Below the pieces are notes generated by a model that worked only from the letters and a program-made list of their open reading frames with translations, was not told the origin of the DNA and searched no databases. Shown one piece after another: positions 42,658 to 52,685 of a stretch of 64,000 nucleotides of DNA. The position numbers and the translations under genes are program-made. The number at the start of each line of letters is the position of its first letter. Position 1 is the stretch's first letter. Source of the stretch: Bacteroidales bacterium (lineage in GTDB: Bacteria; Bacteroidota; Bacteroidia; Bacteroidales; P3); the NCBI GenBank assembly GCA_017480785.1, contig JAFURZ010000005.1, positions 16,259 through 80,258 on the forward strand. Reading direction: 5' to 3'.

Positions 42658-43497
42658 ATGACGAAGAAGCAAGCAATACAATTCTTTGAGGAGAAGAAGG
42701 TGCGCACCGTGTGGGACGACGAGCAGGAGAAGTGGTATTTCTCCATCGTGGACACCGTGGCGGTGCTGACGGACAGCCCCAATCCGCACAATTATTGGAA
42801 AGTCTTGAAACATAGGCTCAAGAAAGAGGGCAACGAGTCGGTTACAAAATGTAACCAACTGAAATTAATATCGACCGACGGGAAAAGCTACAAGACTGAT
42901 GTCGCCGACACCGAGCAGCTTTTCCGCCTCATCCAGTCCATCCCCTCGCCCAAGGCGGAGCCTTTCAAGCAGTGGATGGCGCAGGTGGCGGCCGAGCGGC
43001 TGGACCAGATGCAGGACCCCGAGCTGGGCATCGAGCAGGCGCTGATGGACTACAAACGGCTGGGCTACTCCGACAACTGGATCAACCAGCGGCTGAAGTC
43101 CATCGAGATACGCAAGGACCTCACCGACGAGTGGAAGCGCCACGGCCTGAAGGAGGGCGTGCAGTTCGCCACGCTGACCGACATCATCTACCATACATGG
43201 TCGGGTATGACCGCCAAGGAGTACAAGCACTTCAAAGGCCTAAAGAAGGAGAATCTGCGCGACAACATGACGAATAGGGAACTCGTCCTCAACATGCTGG
43301 CCGAACTCTCCACCAAGGACATCTCCGAGGCGCGCAACCCCGAGACCTTCGGCGAGCACGCCGAGGTGGCCCGACAGGGCGGCGAGATTGCCGCTGGCGC
43401 CCGCCGTGAGCTTGAAGCCAAGACCGGCAAGCCAGTCGTCACCTCGCTCAACGCCAAGGACGTGTTGCAGATTGAAGACAAAGCCACCGAAAAGTAA
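42658..43497 (+). CDS. Bro-N domain protein (DinD/antirepressor-like C-terminal half)
   Basis: ORF 42610..43497 trimmed to ATG 42658. Bro-N-like FEEKKVRTVWDDEQEKWYFSIVDTVAVL. The C-terminal part resembles DNA-damage-inducible protein D-type proteins. Confidence 0.75.
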   Translation: MTKKQAIQFFEEKKVRTVWDDEQEKWYFSIVDTVAVLTDSPNPHNYWKVLKHRLKKEGNESVTKCNQLKLISTDGKSYKTDVADTEQLFRLIQSIPSPKAEPFKQWMAQVAAERLDQMQDPELGIEQALMDYKRLGYSDNWINQRLKSIEIRKDLTDEWKRHGLKEGVQFATLTDIIYHTWSGMTAKEYKHFKGLKKENLRDNMTNRELVLNMLAELSTKDISEARNPETFGEHAEVARQGGEIAAGARRELEAKTGKPVVTSLNAKDVLQIEDKATEK

Positions 43498-43544
43498 GTC
43501 CTCTCCACGTCCAGCGGGATATGGTTCTCCTCCGCAATCATTTA

Positions 43545-44159
43545 TTATTTTTTTGTGAGGTAAGTGAAGCGGTCGAGGCGGGTGATGCCGAGGGCGGTGA
43601 GCCGCTCAGCGGTACGGTCGGTATCGGCCTCGGTGTTGTAGTCGGCGATGAGAGGCACGCGGACGGTGATGTGCTCGGGGCCGACGAGGCCGAGCAGCAG
43701 CGCCAGGTTGTCCCAAGCCACCGAGGCGGCGCCGCCGGTGTAGGCGCGGTAGATGTCGGGGTTGCCCTCCTTGATGTCCACGATGAAGTCACCCACCACC
43801 GCGGCAGCGCGGCGGACGCTCGCGGCAGGCACCTGCAACGAGGTCTCGGCCGTGAGATTCCATCCTTTGCCACAGAGTCGCTTGAACTCCTCGATGAAGT
43901 CCACCCGCAGCAGCGGCTCGCCGCCACCGAAGCAGACGCCTCCGCCGGTGGCGATAAAATAGAGGTTATCCACTCCCACGCGGTCGTAGAGCTGCTGCGG
44001 AGTGTAGCGTTGCAGGCCATCGGGAGCCTCCAGACAGCGGTGGTTGAGACAATACCTGCACTGCAGCGGACAGCCGTGGAAAGCCGCCAGCGTGGTCACT
44101 CCCACGCCGTCGACTCCCAACCGATGACGGTCGATGCCTATGAACGGTACAGCCTCCAT
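43545..44159 (-). CDS. Radical SAM protein (glycyl-radical-enzyme-activase-like)
   Basis: 204-aa ORF with a CxxxCxxC cluster (HGCPLQCRYCLN) and a GGGEPLL motif. Confidence 0.8.
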   Translation of the reverse strand: MEAVPFIGIDRHRLGVDGVGVTTLAAFHGCPLQCRYCLNHRCLEAPDGLQRYTPQQLYDRVGVDNLYFIATGGGVCFGGGEPLLRVDFIEEFKRLCGKGWNLTAETSLQVPAASVRRAAAVVGDFIVDIKEGNPDIYRAYTGGAASVAWDNLALLLGLVGPEHITVRVPLIADYNTEADTDRTAERLTALGITRLDRFTYLTKK

Positions 44160-44162
44160 CTT

Positions 44163-45701
44163 TCACTGACCCCAGCTGTCTCGGTCGAGCGACCTATATG
44201 TGATGGCCTCCTGCAGGTGGTAGGGCTTGATGTCGGGGCTGCCCTCGAGGTCGGCGATGGTACGGCTGACGCGCAGGATGCGGTCGTAGGCACGGGCTGA
44301 GAGGCCCAGGCGGTTCATAGCCATCTCCATGATGGAGCGGCATTCGTCGGTGAGGCGACAATGCTCACGCGTGAGTTTGCTGGTCATCTGGGCATTGCAG
44401 TGCACGCCGGGGTTACTGCGGAAGCGTTCGGTCTGTATGGTGCGGGCCGCCAGCACCCGCTCACGGATGGCGGCGCTGCTCTCGGCCCTGTCCTCTTTGT
44501 TCAGCTGGCTCACCGGCACAGGAGTGACCTCTATGTGCAGGTCGATACGGTCCATCAGCGGGCCGCTGACCTTGTTCAGGTAGCGCTTCACGGCACCCGC
44601 AGGGCAGGTGCATTCGACGGTGGGGTGGTTGTAGTAGCCGCAGGGGCAAGGATTCATGGCGGCGATGAGCATGAAAGAGGCAGGATAGTCGATGGTCATC
44701 TTGGCTCGGCTGATGGTGACGCGCCGTTCCTCCATGGGCTGCCGCAGCACTTCCAACACCGTGCGCTTGAACTCCGGCAGTTCGTCGAGGAAGAGCACCC
44801 CGTTGTGCGCCAAGCTGATTTCGCCGGGCTTGGGGTTGGCACCGCCGCCCACGAGGGCCACGTCGGAGATGGTGTGGTGCGGCGCGCGGAAGGGGCGCAC
44901 AGCAATCAGCGAGTCTTCCTTGCGCATCAGACCTGCCACGGAGTGTATCTGGGTGGTCTCCAAGCTCTCGCCGAGCGTCAACGGCGGCAGTATGCCCGGC
45001 ATGCGCTTGGCCAGCATGCTCTTGCCGCTGCCCGGAGGACCTATCATAATGGCATTATGCCCACCGGCGGCGGCAATCTCCAGGCACCGTTTCACCGTCT
45101 CCTGCCCTTTTACATCGGCAAAGTCGTACTCATAGTGGCTGAGTGTGTTCGCAAACTCGGCACGTGTGTCGACCACCGTCTGGGGAATATCAACAATTCC
45201 GTTGAAGAAGTCGGCCACCTGTTTAAGGTCTTCAGCACCATACACCTCCAGATTGTTCACTATAGCCGCCTCGCGGGCATTGGCCGAAGGCACGATGATG
45301 CCCTTGCAACCTCGACGCCGCGCCTCGATGGCGATGGGCAGCACACCCTTGATGGGGCGCAGCGAGCCGTCCAGTCCCAACTCACCCATGATGACATAGC
45401 GGTCAAGGCTGTCGGCATTCACCATCCCCACGGCTCCGAGGATGCCGATGGCGATTGTGAGGTCATAAGCCGAGCCCTCCTTTCTCAGGTCGGCCGGAGC
45501 CATATTCACCACCACGTACTGGTTGGGTACCTTGAAGTTCGACTCAAAGAAAGCCGACGAGATGCGATGCCCGCTCTCCTTGACGGCACTGTCTGGCAGG
45601 CCCACGATGGAGAACCCTGTTCCCGGCGACACCGTCACTTCCACGGTGACCGTCACCGCACTGACCCCGATAATTGCACTGCCGTATGTCTTGACTAGCA
45701 T
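44163..45701 (-). CDS. YifB/ComM family Mg-chelatase-like AAA+ ATPase
   Basis: 512-aa ORF with a Lon-protease-like N-domain, Walker A GPPGSGKSM and a ChlI-like core. Confidence 0.93.
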   Translation of the reverse strand: MLVKTYGSAIIGVSAVTVTVEVTVSPGTGFSIVGLPDSAVKESGHRISSAFFESNFKVPNQYVVVNMAPADLRKEGSAYDLTIAIGILGAVGMVNADSLDRYVIMGELGLDGSLRPIKGVLPIAIEARRRGCKGIIVPSANAREAAIVNNLEVYGAEDLKQVADFFNGIVDIPQTVVDTRAEFANTLSHYEYDFADVKGQETVKRCLEIAAAGGHNAIMIGPPGSGKSMLAKRMPGILPPLTLGESLETTQIHSVAGLMRKEDSLIAVRPFRAPHHTISDVALVGGGANPKPGEISLAHNGVLFLDELPEFKRTVLEVLRQPMEERRVTISRAKMTIDYPASFMLIAAMNPCPCGYYNHPTVECTCPAGAVKRYLNKVSGPLMDRIDLHIEVTPVPVSQLNKEDRAESSAAIRERVLAARTIQTERFRSNPGVHCNAQMTSKLTREHCRLTDECRSIMEMAMNRLGLSARAYDRILRVSRTIADLEGSPDIKPYHLQEAITYRSLDRDSWGQ

Positions 45702-45727
45702 AGTTACTGACTGTTGATTTGGTGTTG

Positions 45728-45795
45728 CAAAGATACAAAAGTTGTACGAGATGACAAAATTAATTTTGCCACGTCGCGGAATATGTGTATCTTTG
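45728..45795. promoter_or_regulatory. Back-to-back promoters (comM/yifB leftward, sodB rightward)
   Basis: Leftward TAtcTTTG is the complement of 45728-45735; rightward TAtcTTTG is at 45788-45795. Central CAAA-attaat-TTTG with 19-nt spacers. Confidence 0.65.
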
Positions 45796-45852
45796 CAAAA
45801 TAAAATCGTTCAAGAATCAACGCATTAACACACATAAAATATTCTAAGAGAT

Positions 45853-46443
45853 ATGAAAGACATCATGCCCGTTGGCGACCAGTTCGCCATGATGAACCTG
45901 CCCTACGAAGCACTGGGTGGGGTGATTAGCAAGGAGACCCTCTCCTTCCACCACGGCAAACACCTCAAAGCCTACGTCGACAACCTCAACAAGGCACTGC
46001 CTGGCAGCGGCCTCGAAGGGCTCTCGCTGCAGGAGGTGGTGCGCCGCGCACAAGGTGGCCTGTTCAACAATGCCGGACAGGTACTCAACCACACCCTCTA
46101 TTTCGAGCAGTTCTCCCCCACTCCACGCCCCATGGGCGAGAAGATGAAGGCCCTGCTGGAGCGCAGCTTCGGCTCCGTCGAGGCCTTCCGCAAGGAGTTC
46201 GAGCAGAAAGGCGCCACCCTCTTCGGCAGCGGCTGGGTATGGCTCAGTGCCGACCAGGAGAGCAAGCTGGTCATCACCCAGCAGCGCAACGCCGAGAACC
46301 CCGTCACCGACGGCCTCAATCCCCTGCTCACCTTCGATGTGTGGGAGCACGCCTACTATCTCGACTACCAGAACCGCCGCGCCGACTACCTCGCTGCCCT
46401 CTGGCAGCTGGTCGACTGGCCCACGGTCGAAGAGCGCCTGTAA
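45853..46443 (+). CDS. sodB: Fe/Mn superoxide dismutase
   Basis: 196-aa ORF with HHGKHLKAYVDNLN and DVWEHAYYLDYQNRR. The start could also be ATG 45865. Confidence 0.95.
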   Translation: MKDIMPVGDQFAMMNLPYEALGGVISKETLSFHHGKHLKAYVDNLNKALPGSGLEGLSLQEVVRRAQGGLFNNAGQVLNHTLYFEQFSPTPRPMGEKMKALLERSFGSVEAFRKEFEQKGATLFGSGWVWLSADQESKLVITQQRNAENPVTDGLNPLLTFDVWEHAYYLDYQNRRADYLAALWQLVDWPTVEERL

Positions 46444-46469
46444 AACCCACCTCTCCACCTCCCGCCAAC

Positions 46470-46495
46470 CATGCCGAAGACTTGTTTTCGGCATG
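46470..46495 (+). terminator. Hairpin after sodB
   Basis: 9-bp stem CATGCCGAA/TTCGGCATG. No clear T-run follows. Confidence 0.45.
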
Positions 46496-46573
46496 ACGGG
46501 TTGCGTGTACGCCACTCTTGTTGATAAGTAATTTTTCCCATTCCAGATAATCTTCGTACTTTTGCAGTTTGAA

Positions 46574-47134
46574 ATGAAAAGACTCTGGATAGCTATCGTG
46601 AAGCTCTGCGGATGGCGCTTCTGCCTGCCCGACAAGGAGGCGCGGCCCGAGGTGATGCGTTGCGTCTATGCCGCTGCACCCCACACGGCGGTCAGCGATT
46701 TCCTCGTCGGCATCGCCTACATGTGGGCCATCGGGACGCCAGGGCACATCTTCATCAAGAAAGAGTTCTTCCGCTGGCCGCTGGGGAGGCTGCTGCGTCG
46801 CTACGGCTGTGTAGCCATCGACCGCGGCAATCCCAAAAACGGCCTCGTGGAGCGCGCCGTACAAGGCTTTCGCGACCATCGTGAGTTCTCCGTCATCATC
46901 ACCCCCGAAGGCACCCGCAAACCAGTACAGCGGTGGAAGCGCGGCTTCTGGGAGATAGCCACCCAGGCCGGAGTGCCCATCGTGCCGGTCTACATCGACT
47001 TCAGCCGCAAGGAGATAGGCCTTTTCGACACCCTCTGGCCCACGACCGACCGTGAAGACGACACCCGCCGCCTGCGGACCCTCTACAGCAAGACGATGGC
47101 CAAGCGGCCCAAACAGTTCATCGAGTTGAAATAA
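46574..47134 (+). CDS. 1-acyl-sn-glycerol-3-phosphate acyltransferase family protein
   Basis: ORF from TTG 46562 trimmed to ATG 46574, 10 nt after TActTTTG. HX4D motif (PHTAVSD) and ITPEGTR. Confidence 0.8.
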   Translation: MKRLWIAIVKLCGWRFCLPDKEARPEVMRCVYAAAPHTAVSDFLVGIAYMWAIGTPGHIFIKKEFFRWPLGRLLRRYGCVAIDRGNPKNGLVERAVQGFRDHREFSVIITPEGTRKPVQRWKRGFWEIATQAGVPIVPVYIDFSRKEIGLFDTLWPTTDREDDTRRLRTLYSKTMAKRPKQFIELK

Positions 47135-47146
47135 ACAAAAACATAT

Positions 47147-50100
47147 ATGGTTAGAAGAATCTACGTAGAGAAGAAATCCCCCTATGCCGTGAAGGCGAAG
47201 GAGCTCAAGACCGAAATGAGCGAATACCTCGGCATCGAAGCCGACGTGGTACGCGTGCTGGTGCGCTACGACGTGGAGAATGTCAGCGACGCCACCTTCC
47301 ACACCGCGCTGACCACCGTCTTCAGCGAGCCTCCGGTGGACGACGTGTACCTCGAAGAGTTTCCCCGCAAGGAGAACGACTTCTGCTTCACCGTGGAGTA
47401 CCTCCCCGGCCAGTTCGACCAACGGGCCGACAGCGCCGAGCAGTGCGTCTGCCTCCTCAACGACGCCGAGCACCCCATCATCAAGTCTGCCACCACCTAC
47501 GTCATCTCTGGAGTGGATAGCGGGAAGTGGAAAGAGGACAGCGACTGGCAATCGGCCATCATCGCCCACTGCGTCAATCCGGTCGACAGCCGCCGTGCCG
47601 ACGGTCCCAAACCAGACACCCTCGAGGACCACTTCGACGAGCCTGCCGACGTCATCACCTTCGACGGCTTCAAGGACATGCCCGAGCCGCAGCTGAAAAG
47701 CCTTTACGACGGCCTCGGACTGGCCATGACCTTCGCCGACTTCCTGCACATCCAGCGCTACTTCCACGACGAGGAGCACCGCGACCCCACGATGACCGAA
47801 ATCCGCGTCCTCGACACCTACTGGAGCGACCACTGCCGCCACACCACCTTCGCCACCGAGCTGAAGGACGTCCGCTTCGACGACGGCTTCTACCGCCCCC
47901 TCATCGAGGGCGCCTTCCGGCAGTACCTCGCCGACCACCGCGAGCAGTATGCCGGACGCACCGACAAGTACGTCTGCCTGATGGATATCGGCACCCTGGC
48001 GGCCAAACGGCTCAAGAAAGCCGGCTACCTCGACGACCAGGAGCCCAGCGACGAAATCAACGCCTGCTCCATCGTGGTGCCCGTCACCATCGACGGCAAC
48101 CGCGAGGAGTGGCTCATCAACTTCAAGAACGAGACCCACAACCACCCCACCGAGATTGAGCCCTTCGGCGGCGCGGCCACCTGCCTCGGCGGCTGCATCC
48201 GCGACCCGCTCAGCGGCCGCACCTACGTCTACCAGGCCATGCGCGTCACCGGCGCCGCCGACCCCACCAAGCCCCTCAGCGAGACCCTCCCCGGCAAGCT
48301 GCCCCAGCGCAAGATTGTCACCACCGCCGCCCGCGGCTACTCCAGCTACGGCAACCAGATAGGCCTCGCCACAGGGCTAGTCAACGAGATATACCATCCC
48401 AACTACGTAGCCAAGCGCCTGGAGATAGGCGCCGTCATCGCCGCCGCCCCGCGCCGTGCCGTGAAGCGCCTCACCTCCGACCCGGGCGACGTCATTATCC
48501 TGCTTGGTGGCCGCACCGGCCGCGACGGCATCGGCGGCGCCACGGGTGCCTCGAAGAGCCACACCAGCAAGTCGCTCACCACCTGCGGCGCCGAGGTGCA
48601 GAAGGGCAACGCCCCCACCGAACGCAAGATACAACGCCTCTTCCGCCGCGAAGAGGTCAGCAGCCTCATCAAGAAGTGCAACGACTTCGGCGCCGGCGGC
48701 GTCAGCGTGGCCATCGGCGAACTGGCCGACGGACTCCAAATCAACCTCGACCGCGTACCCAAGAAGTATGCCGGCCTCGACGGCACCGAACTCGCCATCA
48801 GCGAGAGCCAGGAGCGCATGGCCGTGGTGGTCGACCCCAAGGATGTGGACCAGATGCTGCGCTACGCCGACGAGGAGAACCTCGAAGCCACCGTCGTGGC
48901 CACCGTCACCGAGGAGCCCCGCATGGTCATCTCTTGGCGCGGCAAAGAGATAGTGAACCTCAGCCGCCGCTTCATCGACACCAACGGCGCCCACCAGGAA
49001 ACCACCGTGAAGGTGAAGATGCCCGAGAAAATTGAAAATGGAAAATTGAAAATTGAAAATTCGCTGCCGCACCCGGATAATTCTCAATTCTCAACTCTCA
49101 ATTCTCAATTGAAGGACCTTTGGTTCCAGACCCTCTCCGACCTCAACGTCTGCTCGCAGAAAGGCCTCGTCGAGATGTTCGACAGCTCCATCGGCGCCGG
49201 CAGCGTGGTGATGCCCTTCGGCGGCCGCTACCAGCTGACGCCCACGCAGTGCATGATAGGCAAGCTGCCCCTCCTGGACGGCAAGTGCGACACCGTGACC
49301 CTCATGTCCTACGGCATGGACCCCTACCAGACCTCGTGGAGTCCCTTCCACGGCGCCGCCTATGCCGTGCTCGGCAGCGTGGCCAAGATTGCCGCCGCCG
49401 GCGGCGACGTCAGCCGCGTGCGCCTCACCTTCCAAGAATACTTCAAGAAACTGGGCACCGACCCCTACCGCTGGGGCGAGCCCTTCACCGCCCTCCTCGG
49501 CGCCTACCACGCCCAGATGGGCCTCCACCTACCCGCCATCGGCGGCAAGGACTCCATGTCCGGCACCTTCAACGACATCGACGTGCCGCCCACCTTCTGC
49601 TCCTTCGCCGTCGGCGTCAGCGACCTGCAGCACGTCGTCACCCCCGAGCTGAAGAAAGCCGGCAACCGGCTGGTGCTGCTCGATGTCAAGGAGGACCAGT
49701 ACGGCATGCCCGACTATGCCGACGCCCTCAACCAGTACGCCGCCCTGCACCGCGCCGTCGAGGCCGGCCGGGTGTGCAGCGCCTATGCCCTCGGCATGGG
49801 CGGCATCGTCGAGGCCGTCAGCAAGATGGCCTTCGGCAACAAGCTGGGCGTCCGCATGGCCCCCGTGCCCGAGACATCAGCCTCGGGTCTCGCCGCCAAG
49901 CACTATGGCTGGCTTGTCGTCGAGGTAGCCGGCACAGAAGAGCTGCCCTTCCGCTGCACCGGGATTGGCGAGGTCACCGCCGAGCCCGTGTTCGAGGTGG
50001 CCGGCGAGAAGATAAGCCTCGACGAGGCCCTCGCCGCATGGCAGAAGACGCTCGAAGGCGTCTTCCCCACCCGTAGCACCCAGCAAGCGGAAAGTGGAAA

Positions 50101-50977
50101 GTGGAAAGTGGAAAGCGCTCTGTACAACACTCCGAAGGAGAAACTTTCAACTTTCAACTATCAACTTTCAAGTTCCGCGAAGCCGAGAGTCTTCATCCCC
50201 GCCTTCCCCGGCACCAACTGCGAGTACGACTCGGCCCGCGCCTTCAACCGCGCCGGTGCCGAGAGCGAAATCATCGTCTTCCGCAACCAGAACGGCCAGC
50301 AGATTCGCGAGAGCGTGGACGCCTATGTCGACGCCATCCGCCGCAGCCAGATTATCATGCTGCCCGGCGGCTTCAGTGCCGGCGACGAACCCGAAGGCAG
50401 TGCCAAATTCATCACCAGCGTCTTCCGCAACCCCAAGATTGCCGACGCCGTGATGGAGCTGCTCCAGAAGCGCGACGGCCTCATGCTGGGCATCTGCAAC
50501 GGCTTCCAGGCCTTGGTGAAGCTCGGCCTGGTGCCCTACGGCGAGATACGTCCGCAGGCCGCCGACGCCCCCACGCTGACCTTCAACACCATCGGCCGCC
50601 ACCAGAGCAAGATGGCCTACACCCGCGTCAGCTCCAACCTCAGCCCCTGGCTGCGCAAGGCCGAACTCGGCGCCACCTACGTCATTCCCATCTCGCACGG
50701 CGAGGGCCGCTTCGTGGCCCCGCAGGAATGGATTGACAGCCTCTTCCGGAACGGACAGGTGGCCACACAGTACTGCGACCTCGACGGCAACCCCACCATG
50801 GACGAGGAGTACAACATGAACGGCTCCTACTGCGCCATCGAAGGCATCACCAGCCCCGACGGACGCGTCTTCGGCAAGATGGGACACAGCGAACGCCGCA
50901 GCAAAGGCAGCGCCCTCAATATCTATGGCAACGACGACCAGCAGATATTCGAGAGCGGCGTACAGTACTTCAAGTAG
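47147..50977 (+). CDS. purL: Phosphoribosylformylglycinamidine synthase (single-chain)
   Basis: 1276-aa ORF with NHPTEIEPFGGAATCLGGCIRD, a repeated AIR-synthase-like core and a C-terminal glutaminase (GICNGFQAL, SHGEGR). Two in-frame heptamer hairpins. Confidence 0.97.
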   Translation: MVRRIYVEKKSPYAVKAKELKTEMSEYLGIEADVVRVLVRYDVENVSDATFHTALTTVFSEPPVDDVYLEEFPRKENDFCFTVEYLPGQFDQRADSAEQCVCLLNDAEHPIIKSATTYVISGVDSGKWKEDSDWQSAIIAHCVNPVDSRRADGPKPDTLEDHFDEPADVITFDGFKDMPEPQLKSLYDGLGLAMTFADFLHIQRYFHDEEHRDPTMTEIRVLDTYWSDHCRHTTFATELKDVRFDDGFYRPLIEGAFRQYLADHREQYAGRTDKYVCLMDIGTLAAKRLKKAGYLDDQEPSDEINACSIVVPVTIDGNREEWLINFKNETHNHPTEIEPFGGAATCLGGCIRDPLSGRTYVYQAMRVTGAADPTKPLSETLPGKLPQRKIVTTAARGYSSYGNQIGLATGLVNEIYHPNYVAKRLEIGAVIAAAPRRAVKRLTSDPGDVIILLGGRTGRDGIGGATGASKSHTSKSLTTCGAEVQKGNAPTERKIQRLFRREEVSSLIKKCNDFGAGGVSVAIGELADGLQINLDRVPKKYAGLDGTELAISESQERMAVVVDPKDVDQMLRYADEENLEATVVATVTEEPRMVISWRGKEIVNLSRRFIDTNGAHQETTVKVKMPEKIENGKLKIENSLPHPDNSQFSTLNSQLKDLWFQTLSDLNVCSQKGLVEMFDSSIGAGSVVMPFGGRYQLTPTQCMIGKLPLLDGKCDTVTLMSYGMDPYQTSWSPFHGAAYAVLGSVAKIAAAGGDVSRVRLTFQEYFKKLGTDPYRWGEPFTALLGAYHAQMGLHLPAIGGKDSMSGTFNDIDVPPTFCSFAVGVSDLQHVVTPELKKAGNRLVLLDVKEDQYGMPDYADALNQYAALHRAVEAGRVCSAYALGMGGIVEAVSKMAFGNKLGVRMAPVPETSASGLAAKHYGWLVVEVAGTEELPFRCTGIGEVTAEPVFEVAGEKISLDEALAAWQKTLEGVFPTRSTQQAESGKWKVESALYNTPKEKLSTFNYQLSSSAKPRVFIPAFPGTNCEYDSARAFNRAGAESEIIVFRNQNGQQIRESVDAYVDAIRRSQIIMLPGGFSAGDEPEGSAKFITSVFRNPKIADAVMELLQKRDGLMLGICNGFQALVKLGLVPYGEIRPQAADAPTLTFNTIGRHQSKMAYTRVSSNLSPWLRKAELGATYVIPISHGEGRFVAPQEWIDSLFRNGQVATQYCDLDGNPTMDEEYNMNGSYCAIEGITSPDGRVFGKMGHSERRSKGSALNIYGNDDQQIFESGVQYFK
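49027..49110 (+). repeat. GAAAATT x5 / AATTCTC x4 inverted heptamer arrays inside purL
   Basis: Left arm 49027-49061, right arm 49079-49110. Reads KIENGKLKIENSLPHPDNSQFSTLNSQL. Confidence 0.9.
50089..50171 (+). repeat. GGAAAGT x4 / AACTTTC x4 inverted heptamer arrays inside purL
   Basis: Left arm 50089-50116, right arm 50142-50171. Reads ESGKWKVESALYNTPKEKLSTFNYQL. Confidence 0.9.
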
Positions 50978-50986
50978 ACTAATCCC

Positions 50987-51024
50987 GAGAGCCCCCCGAC
51001 AATCCGAGGGGCTCTTGGTTTTTT
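50987..51024 (+). terminator. Rho-independent terminator after purL (also faces the deoD 3' end)
   Basis: GAGAGCCCC/GGGGCTC stem followed by TTGGTTTTTT. Confidence 0.75.
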
Positions 51025-51032
51025 CCCGAGGG

Positions 51033-51743
51033 CTAGTCGACCAGACTGAAGGCCACGTCCATCATTTTGGTGAAGGTGGTCTGGCGCTCCTCGGCAGTGG
51101 TGGCCTCACCGGTGAGGATGTGGTCGCTGACGGTGCAGATGCCGAGCGCGTGCTTGCCAGCGCGTGCGGCATTCATGTACAGTTGCGCAATCTCCATCTC
51201 GACCGCGAGCACCCCCATGCGCTGCCAGCGCTCGTTGTGGGCGTTCTCGGTATAGAAGGTGTCGGAGGACATCACGTTGCCCACCTGATGGCGGTAGCCC
51301 ATACGCTCGCAGGCCTCGACGGCGCGGCGCGCCAGCGTGAAGTCGGCAATGGGGGCGAAGGTGCCGGGCAGCTCGTACTGGGCGGCATAGTTGGAGTTGG
51401 TGCAGGCGCCGGTGGCGATGACGAGGTCGCCCACGTGGAGGCTCTCCTGTATGGCACCTGCCGACCCGACGCGGATGATGGTCTGCACGTCGTAGAAATT
51501 GAAGAGCTCGTAGGTGTAGATTCCTATCGACGGGCCGCCCATGCCGTGGCCCATCACGCTGACGCGACGGCCCCGGTAGGTGCCGGTGTAGCCCAGCATG
51601 CCGCGCACCTGGTTGAAGAGCACGGGATTGTCGAGGTACTTCTCGGCCATGAATTTAACACGCAGCGGGTCGCCCGCCATGAGTACGGTTCCGGCTATTT
51701 CGCCTTTCTGCGCCCCGATGTGGGGAGTGGGTGTGCTTGACAT
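51033..51743 (-). CDS. deoD: Purine nucleoside phosphorylase, DeoD type
   Basis: 236-aa ORF with [14 protein letters not shown] and [14 protein letters not shown]. Confidence 0.95.
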   Translation of the reverse strand: MSSTPTPHIGAQKGEIAGTVLMAGDPLRVKFMAEKYLDNPVLFNQVRGMLGYTGTYRGRRVSVMGHGMGGPSIGIYTYELFNFYDVQTIIRVGSAGAIQESLHVGDLVIATGACTNSNYAAQYELPGTFAPIADFTLARRAVEACERMGYRHQVGNVMSSDTFYTENAHNERWQRMGVLAVEMEIAQLYMNAARAGKHALGICTVSDHILTGEATTAEERQTTFTKMMDVAFSLVD

Positions 51744-51750
51744 ATCTTTA

Positions 51751-52548
51751 TTATGTTACTGTGTTAATAAATGAAACATTACTATTCCCATCAATATCCT
51801 CCGCCGGAGGCGCGGTGGACTTTGCATGCGCCGCGGATTGGCGGTCTTGCGGTGCCGGCGCTTCACCCGTTGCCGGCGCCGTGCCGGCGCCGGCAACCAC
51901 GACGTGCGGTTCCGTCTGCTCCGCGCCCTCGGTCACGGAGCCCGCATAGAGCGAGTCGCTCCAGCGGCCGTCGCGGCTCATGGCCATCAGGTAGACGTGC
52001 GCCTCGCACCCCGCGAAGAAGGTGGGCAGCGCCAGCGCGATGCGCTTGTCGGCCCGGTAGACCGGCGCCGAGAGGCACCCCTCGCCCCGCTCAGGCACGT
52101 AGACGTAGAGGTAGACATAGTCGAGCTGACTGCCCTGCGCAGAGCGGAACTTGACGCTCAGCACGTTGTCGTCGTCCCAGACCATCTCGCGCAGCTCCAC
52201 CGGCGCCACGTCGCCCACGCTCAGCCGCAGCGAGGCATAGTCGACCTGCAGCTGCCCGTCGGCCGAGCCGAAGGCCGGCTGGTTCAGGTGCACGAAGAGG
52301 TTGTACGACGTCATGCCCGCCTCGCGCGCCAGCCCGGTCAGCGTCGTGGTCACCGCCCACCGCATCCGGGCCGCCAGCTGCACCTGTTGCTTGAACAGCG
52401 CGCGGTGCTCCACCTGCGCCTCGGTGCGCGGATTGCGCACCATCGGGTTGTGGGCCCGAAGGCACCACTTTCCGTTCCACATATACCCCACCGCGGGCCC
52501 CAGCCTGCCGCTGAAACCACCCAGATAACCAGCCGATTGCTTTGCCAT
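51751..52548 (-). CDS. Hypothetical protein (DUF6266-like by recollection only)
   Basis: 265-aa ORF starting [28 protein letters not shown], with an A/P-rich low-complexity C-terminus. Stop is 7 nt before the deoD start. Confidence 0.6.
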   Translation of the reverse strand: MAKQSAGYLGGFSGRLGPAVGYMWNGKWCLRAHNPMVRNPRTEAQVEHRALFKQQVQLAARMRWAVTTTLTGLAREAGMTSYNLFVHLNQPAFGSADGQLQVDYASLRLSVGDVAPVELREMVWDDDNVLSVKFRSAQGSQLDYVYLYVYVPERGEGCLSAPVYRADKRIALALPTFFAGCEAHVYLMAMSRDGRWSDSLYAGSVTEGAEQTEPHVVVAGAGTAPATGEAPAPQDRQSAAHAKSTAPPAEDIDGNSNVSFINTVT

Positions 52549-52685
52549 GTCGTGTAGTTTTATAGTTATTTTCCTTTGCTCATAACGTTATTTTCCATTT
52601 ATTATTGCCTACTCGAATAAATTTTTATAAGGCGGGGACTAATATAGGAGTAAGGGTTGAGTAAGAGGTGGTGGTGCGGAAAGGT

